Assembly (NCBI GenBank): GCA_020137815.1
Contig: CM035356.1
Location: 6,696,001 to 6,760,000, forward strand
Direction: 5' to 3'
From: Hormiphora californensis
Taxonomy: Eukaryota; Animalia; Ctenophora
DNA: 64,000 bases
Below the pieces are notes generated by a model, which searched no databases, was not told where the DNA came from, and saw only the letters and a list, made by a program, of their open reading frames with translations. Positions 1 to 10,213 of the stretch are shown one piece after another. The translations under genes and the position numbers were made by a program. Each line of letters opens with the position of its first letter. The stretch's first letter is position 1.

Positions 1-96
1 GCTCGCCTCGGTCAGCTCGCGTAAGCTCACACCGGGCCTTCGGCCCGGTGTGAGAGCTGACAGACAAGGAACATGTCAAGTACTACTAAAACTCAC

Positions 97-375
97 CCAC
101 ACCGGGGACAGGACCCCGTGTTTCCGGGAAGAAGGGCGTTCGAGATGGAGGAAATCACGATGTAATTCCAGGGGATGGGTGAAAAGGAGAGGGGCAGGAA
201 GGATCAGGGGGTCTGGAGAAAAAGCCTGCAACTCTGGAGATCAAAAAATAGGGATTGTCCGGAGATATTATGGGCTAAGATGTCAGGACAATCAACGAAA
301 ACTGGATCAGAGAATCTGGGGAGTGTAAAACGAAGGGGAAGGGGTGCGAAAGGTGGAGAGGGGGGAGACGAGGGT

Positions 376-408
<33 letters not shown>

Positions 409-3400
409 TAGAGAGGAGAGAGGAGAGAGAGAGAGACGGGAGAGGGAGGGAGATGAGAGAGAGAGAGGGAGGGAGAGAGAGAGAAGAGAGAGAGAGAAGA
501 GAGGAGAGAGAGAGAGAGAGAGAGTAGCGAGAGCGCGATCACGCTCCTCTATTGAAGGCGATCTATTTAGCGTATATCTCTCTCTCTCTCTCTCCCTCTC
601 TCTCTCGCTCTCTCTCTCTTTCCTTCATACCTCTCCCTTCATAACATCGAGGCTGGATTTGGGGGCCAGGGCAGCACCCTTGATAGGTTCCCCGACCCTC
701 TCCTTCCAGTTCTCCTTTATCACTCCACTGTCACCTATCTCTGCATACGTGAACCCGTGGTCGCCCTGTGCAGATAGAGACGGTTAGGTTCATTGGGATT
801 TAATTGGGATTTTTCACGATTTTTCCTTCCTACAAAGCTGCTCAGAGAGAGCAAAATACTAAAATAAGCAAAGATGGGGACTTGCCACGTCACTTCGCTA
901 ACTTTAGGAGCACCATATGACGTCACTAACCTTGGCATAAAGGAGCACCATATGACGTCACTAACCTTGGCATAAAGGAACATCATATGACGTCACTAAC
1001 CTTGGCATAAAGGAACACCATATGACGTCACTAACCTTGGCATAAAGGAGCACCATATGACGTCACTAACCTTGGCATAAAGGAAGACCATATGACGTCA
1101 CTAACCTTGGCATAAAGGAAGACCATATGACGTCACTAACCTTGGCATAAAGGAGCACCATATGACGCCACTAACCTTGGCATAAAGGAGCACCATATGA
1201 CGTCACTAACCTTGGCATAAAGGAGCACCATATGACGTCACTAACCTTGGCATAAAGGAGCACCATATGACGTCACTAACCTTGGCATAAAGGAGCACCA
1301 TATGACGTCACTAACCTTGGCATAAAGGAGCACCATATGACGTCACTAACCTTGGCATAAAGGAACACAATATGACGTCACTAACCTTGGCATAAAGGAA
1401 GACCATGCGAGTATCCTCGTCCCACAAGGAGAAAGGGTTGCCAGATCCGCGACCATGGGAGAGGGTACTAATTTCAGAGGACAAGGATCCAACAGATACA
1501 GTCTTGAAACATCTCTCCTTGTTTTTGTAGCCTGGGATCAGTATTAGTAAATGAAGTGGGGGGAATGTTTAACTGAAAAATAAAATAAATCGCCTGACTG
1601 TTAGCTAGGAAAAAACGGGAGACCATGCCGCGAGGAGGGTTAATTGATTAATTAAGGGGCTGGGTAATTAATTAAGGGGCTGGGTAATTAATTAAGGAGC
1701 TGGATAATTAATTAAGGGGCTGGATATACCGTGTGGCCCAAATTAAAGGGAGGGTACGTTGGCCTTCTTTTCACTCAGAAGTTTAATTTCAATCACTCTG
1801 ATATTTTGACACAATGTCTGCATGGGTACTCATTCGAGGAATCCGAAGTTTCAAATCATAAAAGTTGAAAGTTCATTAATGAACTCAATTTTTCGTTTTT
1901 CGGGTTTTTTGAGGTTTTCTCTTGATTAAATTCCATTTAATAATTTAAAAAACCGCCATACAATAGAACAAGTATCAACAAATGGCAATCTGAATTTTTA
2001 TTAAAATTGAATCAAGTTTAGTGGGTGAAATAAGTTACTTAAAGATGATATTTTTTACCAAACATCGATTTTGACCTGTTTTGACCAGAAATCGGTAAAT
2101 TCAGGCGCTAAAAATCTGTACGGCCACTACACTTGATCAATTTTGATGTTAGCCGGAATTTAAGCTATCTATCTTAAAATTCATTTTTCCGACTGGAATG
2201 AATCCTAAATGAACTTGAAAACAGGAATGCTTTTTGGAACCAGAATTTCACAGTTGCCTTCGGGTATCGATTTCCTTTCAAACGCGACTAATTTGAGCTC
2301 AATTGGACCACCACAAGAGACACTTGGTAACGAAGTTACCCCTCTGTCGAGGGGTAACAGAACCGCCTACCCGTTTTTAAGTAAATTCCTTAAAAAGTAT
2401 CGCTGACACGTCCAGGCATGGCACCCCACCCCACAATTACTATACTTTACGTAGGGCGCGATGGCACGCCAGGACATGATATGTCACTAGTCCAAGATTT
2501 TAGCCTCCGAATCTGCTCTTTTTTACCAACTTTGTCGAATTTTCACGGCCAAACTATAACTTAATTTGAATTGATTTTATCACAATTGTCCTAGGTATAG
2601 TCCACAGCACCATCTCACCGAATATGAAGTTTCAAAAACGCGATCTTCATCGAAATTCAACTTCAAAAACAGTGTTAATGATGAAATAACAATTTCATGG
2701 CTGTAGAAAAAGGATTTAGCCAAATCTGTTTTATGGTTGAGGCGGTATTAATTTTTGAAAAATATGAAACCGATTCTGTTACCCCTACATAGGGCATTGC
2801 GATAGTAAGGCACGTTTTAGCGTGCCCGCAATGTAGGGGGAACTGCGTTACCAAAAGAGACACAGTGTTTAGTTATCTAACCCTAGGTTTGGTCATCTGA
2901 CACCTAATGAGACGATAGCGTCATTACTAAGTGCCAATAAGCAGGTGTAACGGACGAGTATCACGTATCACGTCTGCTAATGAGGATGGTGTACCGATAC
3001 AGCATCCGTTAAAATGTAAGCTCTCTTGCTAACACGTCATAATTTGATGGGGATCACATGACTTACCCTAGGCTTAGAAAACGGATCACTGTGATTCTTG
3101 TGGTGATCCAATTAAGCTCAAACTGGTCCCATTCGAAAGGAAATCGATAGCCAAACAAATTTGTGAAACTTTGATACCGAAATATGGTCCCATATTGGTG
3201 TTCATTCAATGTTCATTCGTTCGAAAAAATGAACTTTTATCCAGAGGGCTGAAACTTCGGATTCCTCGAATGAGTAACCATGCAGACATTGTGTCAAAAT
3301 ATCAGAGTGATTGAAATTAAACTTCTGGGTGAAAAGAAGGCCAACGTACCCTCCCTTTAATTTGGGCCACGCGGTACCTGCTAGAAGTATCTTATCCACC

Positions 3401-6400
3401 CCCAACCAGCAATGTTGCACATCTTTATGTTGATCCATGAGGAGGGCCGAGGCAGTCTCCCTACCAGCTCTCACATCAACCACTCTTATTACACCGGACT
3501 TATCAGTGCAACAGGCCAGTCTACCATCGTAACTCCAACTGACTGTCGTGGCAGGTGCATCAGGGAGAGTCATCGCCTGGAGAGGGGAGGGGTTAGTGAC
3601 ACTGACAGGTGCATCAGGCAGGGTCATCGCCTGCAGGGAGGGAGGGAGGGAGGGGTGAGAGGAGGGGCATCAGGGAGAGTCATCGCCTGCAGGGAGGGAG
3701 GGGGGGGGGTGAGAGGAGGGGCATCAGGGAGAGTTATCGCCTGGAGGGAGGGAGGGAGTGAGAGGAGGGGCATCAGGGAGAGTCAACGCCTGCAGGGAGG
3801 GGAGGGAGGAGTGAGAGGAGGGGCATCAGGGAGGGTCATCGCCTGGAGGGAGGGAGGGAGGGAGGAGTGAGAGGAGGGGCATCCGGGAGAGTCAACGCCT
3901 GCAGAGAGGGGGGTCGAGTGAGAGGAGGGGCATCCGGGAGAGTCAACGCCTGCAGAGAGGGGGGTCGAGTGAGAAGAGGGGCATCCGGGAGAGTCAACGC
4001 CTGCAGAGAGGGGGGTCGAGTGAGAAGAGGGGCATCCGGGAGAGTCAACGCCTGCAGGGAGGGGAGGGAGGAGTGAGAGGAGGGGCATCAGGGAGGGTCA
4101 TCGCCTGGAGGGAGGGAGGGAGGGAGGAGTGAGAGGAGGGGCATCCGGGAGAGTCAACGCCTGCAGAGAGGGGGGTCGAGTGAGAAGAGGGGCATCCGGG
4201 AGAGTCAACGCCTGCAGAGAGGGGGGTCGAGTGAGAGGAGGGGCATCCGGGAGAGTCAACGCCTGCAGAGAGGGGGGTCGAGTGAGAGGAGGGGCATCCG
4301 GGAGAGTCAACGCCTGCAGAGAGGGGGGTCGAGTGAGAAGAGGGGCATCCGGGAGAGTCAACGCCTGCAGAGAGGGGGGTCGAGTGAGAGGAGGGGCATC
4401 CGGGAGAGTCAACGCCTGCAGAGAGGGGGGTCGAGTGAGAGGAGGGGCATCCGGGAAAGTCAACGCCTGCAGAGAGGGGGGTCGAGTGAGAAGAGGGGCA
4501 TCCGGGAGAGTCAACGCCTGCAGAGAGGGGGGTCGAGTGAGAGGAGGGGCATCCGTGAGAGTCAACGCCTGCAGGGAGAGAGGGAGGGATCGGGGAGAGT
4601 CATCGCCTGGGGAGGGGAGGGAGGGAAGGAGGGAGGCAGGGTCATTGCCTGCAGGGAGAGAGAGAGTTAGGGGATAACATAGTAAAAGTTGTTCGAAAGA
4701 ACTTTGATTTGAAACAAATCTGTCTGACCACCGCCGAGACTTGACCGCCGCGACTATAACAATGTGTAGAAACGCATTTAAGCTCGCCATGTTAAATATA
4801 TCTATAACATCACCTGCCTGTTATAAACCATCTCTTTATTTTCTACGTTTCAGCATAAGTTTCGCATTGTTTTAACTGAAGAAGTTCAGATCGCGAAAAG
4901 AAATAAGTTCAGACACGAAGCTGCGAGAAATATAACTAAGAAGTTCGAATACTATCGCACGTACTATAATTCTATATCTTGTATCGATTTAGTGCATACC
5001 ATAACCAAGGGCAGACAAGAAAGCTCAAACACCCCAAACCAACCTGTCTTTGAAATACCCTGATTTACCGGGAGGACAAACTTTCCCCGATATGATAGGA
5101 AATTCACGGTATTTGACCCCATTAATTTACCACCGGTAAATCGGGGTCAAATATCGTTAATTTCCAATTACCAGGCAAAACCCTTTCTCCCGAGCATCCC
5201 GGTATAAATCAGACTGTACCTTTCGTTGAGTAGCGATATCGTAAAGGGATGTACAGGACCCTTCTGCTGCCAGCAAGAGCCCCTCCGCTACAGGGTGGAA
5301 GGCAATGTGAGACACCTGGAACATATGAATCTGGTTACACAACTACAACTCCACGACCTGATATTTAGTGGAATAATATCATGATAGTAACTGTCAGGCC
5401 AATGCTCTGACCACAGTTCTCGCGCGCTTATTTGAGAGAAGCGAGAATGGGTCAGGCCAATGCTCTGACAGGATACTAATGAGATATAATCATGATAACA
5501 GTGATCTTGCAGTTAATGATGTGCAGTCTTCCCCCGATGGGGGTGCAGTAACTGTACTACAGTAGCAATGTGAAACATATATCATACTTGTGTGGCTCAC
5601 ACCACGCTGTGAGGGTAGATCAATCTAAGGTACCTGATCGGTTGAAGTGATTGAGGAGGTACAAGATAGATCATTAACATTCCACAGTTTTATTACACCA
5701 TCCTCCGCACACGTCGCCAAACAATTCCTGTGATATTATATATGATTTTAGATTTCAATCAATATAAATCAGCCCTTATAGAACTTCAAAACTCAATGGT
5801 TGAGTGTCGAGATAAGTTGTTTCAATTTGTTGAACTTCAAAACTCTGATACTCACTGTTGGACTATTGACAGACAAAGTAACACCCAACACGTTATGACA
5901 AAGCTGCTGATATATACTCACTGTTGGAAGGGGTTGAACTGGAGAGCTTTAACAAACCCACCATGTCCCTGTAATTTGTGTGGTGTCTGTACCAGTCCAG
6001 TCTGTCCCACATCTAGTACTCCTAGTGCACTGCCCTCTCCTGTAGGGATTGTGAGGGGTTAGGGATGTGGGGGAGTGGGGTTAGTGATTGTGGGGTTAGG
6101 GAGGGAGTGGTGTCTGTACTAGTCCACTCTGTCCCACATCCAGTACTCCCAGTGCACTACCCTCTCCTACAAGGATTGTGGGGTTAGTGATTGTATGGGG
6201 TTAGGGAGGGTGGGGGTTAGAGATGTGGGGTTAGGGAGGGGAGTGGGGTTAGGGAGGGTAGTGGTGTCTGTACCAGTCCACTCTCCCCCACATCTAGTAC
6301 TCCCAGTGCACTGCCCTCACCTATAGCAGGGAGTACGAGGGGTTAGGGAGGGGAGTGGGGTTTGGGAAGGGTGGGGTTTGGGAAGGGTGGGGGTTAGAGA

Positions 6401-7645
6401 TTGAGGGGTTATGGAGGGGAGTGGTGTCTGTACCAGTCCACTCTGTCCCACATCTAGTACTCCCAGTGCACTGCCCTCTCCTGCAGCAGGGATTGTGGGG
6501 TTAGTGATTGTATGGGGTTTGGGAGGGTGGGGTGGGGTTAGGGATTGTGGGGTTAGGGAGAGGAGTGGTGTCTGTACCAGTCCAGTCTGTCCCACATCTA
6601 GTACTCCCAGTGCACTGCCCTCGCCTGTAGGGAGTAAGAGGGGTTAGGGAGGGTGGGGGTTAGAAATTGAGGGGTTAGGGAGGGTGGGGGTTAGGGGTGT
6701 GGGGTTAGGGATTGAGGGGTTAGGGAGGGGAGTGGTGTCTGTACCAGTCCACTCTGTCCCACATCCAGTACTCCCAGTGCACTACCCTCTCCTACAGGGA
6801 TTGTGATTTGTGGGGTTAGGGAGGGTGGGGGTTAGGGAGGGTGTGGGGTTAGGGAGGGTGGGGTTAGGGAGGGGAGTGGTGTCTGTACCAGTCCACTCTG
6901 TCCCACATCCAGTACTCCCAGTGCACTGCCCTGAGCCCTCTCCTGCAGGGAGTACGAGGGGTTAGGGGTTAGGGATGTGGGGGTTAGGGAGGGTGGGGGT
7001 CAGGGATGTGGGGGTTAGGGAGGGGAGTGGTGTCTGTACTAGTCCACTCTGTCCCACATCCAGTACTCCCAGTGCACTACCCTCTCCTACAGGGATTGTG
7101 ATTTGTGGGGTTAGGGAGGGTGGGGGTTAGGGAGGGTGTGGGGTTAGGGAGGGTGGGGGTTAGGGAGTACGTGGGGTTAGGGAGGGTGGGGGTTAGGGAG
7201 GGGAGTGGTGTCTGTACTAGTCCACTCTCCCCCACATCTAGTACTCCCAGTGCACTGCCCTCACCTGCAGGGAGTACGAGGGGTTAGGACTTAGGGACTG
7301 TATTATGGGGTTAGTGATTGTGGGGCTAGGGATTGTGGGGTTAGGGAGGGTGGGGGCTAGAGATTGTGGGGTTAAAGATTGTGGAATGTGGGCTTAGGGA
7401 GGGGGAGTACTTGGGAAAGGGTTGGGTTGGGAGTACTTGGGGAGGAAGAATGGATTTTGACAAGAGAGAACATGGGGTACTCGATTCCCCATCATCCAGA
7501 TCTAACCTGTGTATACTATTTTCTCCGCCCCACAAGCAATGGGTTGGTTCTGACAGAGTTCTCCAATCCTGATACCCGTCACAAAGTCCTCTCTTCGAAA
7601 TTTACATTCCGCGTTCTTGTATTTTGAGGCGCTAAACCGGACCAT
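97..7645 (-). CDS. CORO7: Coronin-7-like WD40 actin regulator, 5' part (continues beyond window start)
   Basis: Phase-consistent GT-AG exons traced by hand: 7645-7507 (MVRFSASKYKNAECK..., cf. CORO7 MNRFRVSKFRH), 6039-5922 (GSALGVLD...LQGHGGFVKALQFNPF), 5727-5634 (LATCAEDGVIKLW), 5315-5220 (IAFHPVAEGLL), 3576-3378 (VSWSYDGRL...IRVVDVR), 1531-1386 (WDEDTRMVFLYAK), 765-631 (GDHG...IKGAALAPKSSLDVMKGE), plus a garbled exon ending at donor 97 (..FFPETRGPVPG, cf. DLFPDT). Motif order matches the first coronin propeller of CORO7. Confidence 0.9.
907..1405. repeat. 35-bp minisatellite (~14 copies) duplicating the CORO7 exon 6 splice donor
   Basis: Unit GGAGCACCATATGACGTCACTAACCTTGGCATAAA; the last copy overlaps the exon end at 1386. 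Confidence 0.95.
1729..3374. mobile_element. Non-autonomous Tc1/mariner-type DNA transposon in CORO7 intron 5
   Basis: ~125-bp TIRs (1729-1854 vs 3250-3374, CCGYGTGGCCCAAATTAAAGGGAGGG...), TA duplication at 1727-1728 and 3375-3376; no transposase ORF. Confidence 0.88.
2324..2854. mobile_element. MULE-like non-autonomous element nested in the Tc1-type element
   Basis: TIR TTGGTAACGAAGTTACCCC / GGGGAACTGCGTTACCAA; perfect 9-bp TSD AAGAGACAC (2315-2323, 2855-2863). Confidence 0.82.
3555..4660. repeat. ~51-bp minisatellite (~20 copies) duplicating the CORO7 exon 5 splice acceptor
   Basis: Minus-strand unit ...ccctctctgcag|GCGTTGACTCTCCCGGATGCCCC matches the real acceptor and exon start at 3576. 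Confidence 0.95.
5391..5471. mobile_element. 81-bp element bounded by two direct copies of GTCAGGCCAATGCTCTGAC
   Basis: CTGTCAG...CTGACAG termini, 8-bp TSD GATAGTAA/GATACTAA; family members at 21605-21675, 23257-23335 and ~22591-22652. Confidence 0.8.
5982..7400. repeat. Eight extra copies of the CORO7 exon 2 acceptor plus ~58 nt of exon, separated by GGGGTTAGGG-rich spacers
   Basis: Copies near 6107, 6260, 6420, 6565, 6731, 6875, 7026 and 7205. Confidence 0.93.
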
Positions 7646-8391
7646 ATCCTAACCCCTAAAATTGGATAGATTTAGCTGTAGGTAACTACTATGTGTCCTA
7701 AGACCTAACCCCGGCAGCTAAAATAAAGTGAAGATAATTAGCTGTAGGTAGCAACAACGATCAGGGGCAGGAGTGTTTGGGACTCTGCGACCCGCGACCG
7801 TCCCCTGGGCCTGAGGGTCTCAAAACTGCACTTAAAACCAGCTTTTAGAGATGAATACAGCTGCTAATCTGCATATAAACGTACAATATACTCGGTACAT
7901 GTACTAAACACAAATGTACTAAACATACAATATGTACGAAATACACATGTACTGAACACATATCGGGGGCCGGGGGGCTTACTACACAAGCTACTGCACA
8001 CAAGCTACTGCAAAAGAGGAAGTACAATTAATGTGAATACCCCCCTCGGCCTGCTCAAAGATGCGATGAAAAATTCAAAATTAAGTGATGTACATACTTA
8101 TTGCACAATGCACACACACACACACACACGCAAAGGTGTTGATTTCCTCCCCAGTTAGCAGTTAGCACTTAGCAGCCGGGTGAAAATGAGAGAGATCTTA
8201 TGGGAGAAAGTTAAATGGGTTTAATATTAGAAGAAATGGGTTTTATATTAGGAGGAAATAAGGTGATTTGAGGTGTCGACTGAGGTACAGCGGGCAAGCA
8301 GTCGGAGAAGGACAAGATAAGGCAATATGCAATGGTAGAAACAAACACGCACACCAGGGTCCAAGCAACTAGGTAGCTAAATGAGCAGTGT

Positions 8392-8451
<60 letters not shown>

Positions 8452-8661
8452 GTGAGAGAGAGAGTGAGAGAGAGAGTGTGAGGGAGAGAGAGGAACTTTA
8501 CCTCTCCCTATCCTACTATGTCTGTGTCTATTAAAGTTTACTAAGTGTATGCTACCTCACAGCTGCTACTATAAATTCTAAAACTGAGAAAGTCGGTGTC
8601 TAATTACAAAAAGTAAAATTGTGTGTGTGATTTGTGTAACAATACCTATAACAATCTACAT

Positions 8662-8738
8662 TTGGTAACGAAGTTACCCCTCCCTTGCCGGCGCGTGAAG
8701 CGCACCAAACGAAGAGTGTGAGGTGTCTTGGATACCAA
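8662..8738. mobile_element. 77-bp MULE-like MITE
   Basis: TTGGTAACGAAG...GATACCAA; TSD AATCTACAT/AATCTACAC; reverse-orientation relative at 46899-46969. Confidence 0.8.
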
Positions 8739-10213
8739 AATCTACACCTCATCACACACAGAACTGTACGACAACCCTAAATCATCCAGCACGATCAAAC
8801 TTCCGGTTGTATATCATGCTAACTAACTTACTACAGTCGCCAGTCGGTCATAACACGCAGACACCATCTGAACGACGCAAATGAATATTTGCCAGAGAAC
8901 TTCTCTTAGATAAAGTAACAAACTCTCCAGTCTCCCTGTTGCTTTGTCGTTTTCTCCTTGCCTTGCTGATGCTTGACCCTCTTTCCACACATTTTCTAAG
9001 GGACTTGCCGTCTAACGGACTTGCCGTATAGTAAGACAATGACCTTATTCCTGTGCTTTCCAGGTATTGATTCGAAAAGCTGTCTTTGGGGCACCCTAAA
9101 CACGAGGTACCAGCACCGCTATAATAAGTGAGCGCCGTGGGTTAAGCGGTAGAGGTAAGTCTTGCCTTTTCAGGTCTGTGTCTCAACTACAGAGTTGGGG
9201 CGGTTGAGATTATCACGCCACTCAAGAGAACCACATGTGCAGTTGAGGTAAATTCGATCTCCAGTCACGTGATCCAGAAAGATTGAAGAAGTCTTTATTT
9301 TCTCTCTCTCTCCCCCCTCTCTCTCTTTCTCTTTTTCCTTTCCTCCTCTCTACCTGATCTTTAATCGTTTTCTCTCTCTGGAATTCGGTTTTATAGGTAC
9401 GCAGGTGGCTGGTAGTGGAAGTGGGGGGAGGACAAATAGCGAGTTGCGTTAGTGGTATCTTATAACAGCTATTATAATTCCATTGCACTAGCTTAAAGTC
9501 ATATCAGGTGTTGATGATGTGGCTTATTCGATAATTTTGCAACTCTCAGTTCTCACCATGAGGTTTCACCTTGGGAACTTTTGCGTGTTAGATCTACAAA
9601 GATTGTAATTGCAAAGTTTCAATTTGACATCTTAAGCCAGTTGTGTAGGGCCTACTCAAGATAGGTTTACAGCCATAGGGCGAATTTAGCTATCATTTAT
9701 TTTATTACAATAACGTAGCCCGTAGGGGAGAGAGAAAAGAGAATACCGAGTAATCGAGAGTTCGGGATCCAAGAAAAGGAGGTATACCTGCTAATCGCCT
9801 ATAATTGGTCTACGTGCTAAACTCCTATTGGAGAATGAGAGATCTCGTGACCATAACTAGCGATAAGAGAGGAGTGTGGTTTTTGATGAGAAATGAACGG
9901 TCGCTCGAGCTGAGAGAAGATCTTCACTCAAGATTGGCTTTTTGCTGGATTTGATATTGACCTATTAGGGGAGAACAGAGCTGTTTGAGTGAAATGGGTA
10001 TTGCGTGTTTTGTTCTATTAGGTTGTTCCATAATGAATTTCGTGTCCCGATATTTTCGAAAGTACTCAAGCATTCGAAAGTACTCAATACAAGATACTCA
10101 TATAGAACCTTTAGCTTTTCTAGCTTGTTAAATGAGCTCCTGACTACTCACAACAGTAGTTATTTTGTAATTTTTGATCAGGGGTGCCGGGTGGCTCTCG
10201 GCGACGCCTTTAA

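Noticed and set aside
907-1405. CRISPR-like 35-bp repeat array
   Set aside because: The units are contiguous with no unique spacers, there are no cas genes, and the context is a eukaryotic intron; the unit derives from the splice donor.
2861-3093. CACAGTG...CACTGTG RSS/Transib-like inverted heptamers
   Set aside because: There is no 5-bp TSD or nonamer; they are part of longer internal inverted repeats of the host element.
4098-4790. 230-aa and 182-aa repeat ORFs as independent genes
   Set aside because: They are translations of the intronic 51-bp array.
5982-7270. Repeat-spacer array or mutually exclusive exon cluster
   Set aside because: The spacers are low-complexity variants of each other, and the copies hold only the 5' half of exon 2 with no donor at their 3' ends, so they are not complete alternative exons.
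8848-9470. Possible exons on either strand
   Set aside because: Splice-like signals exist, but I found no recognisable protein similarity or consistent phase chain.
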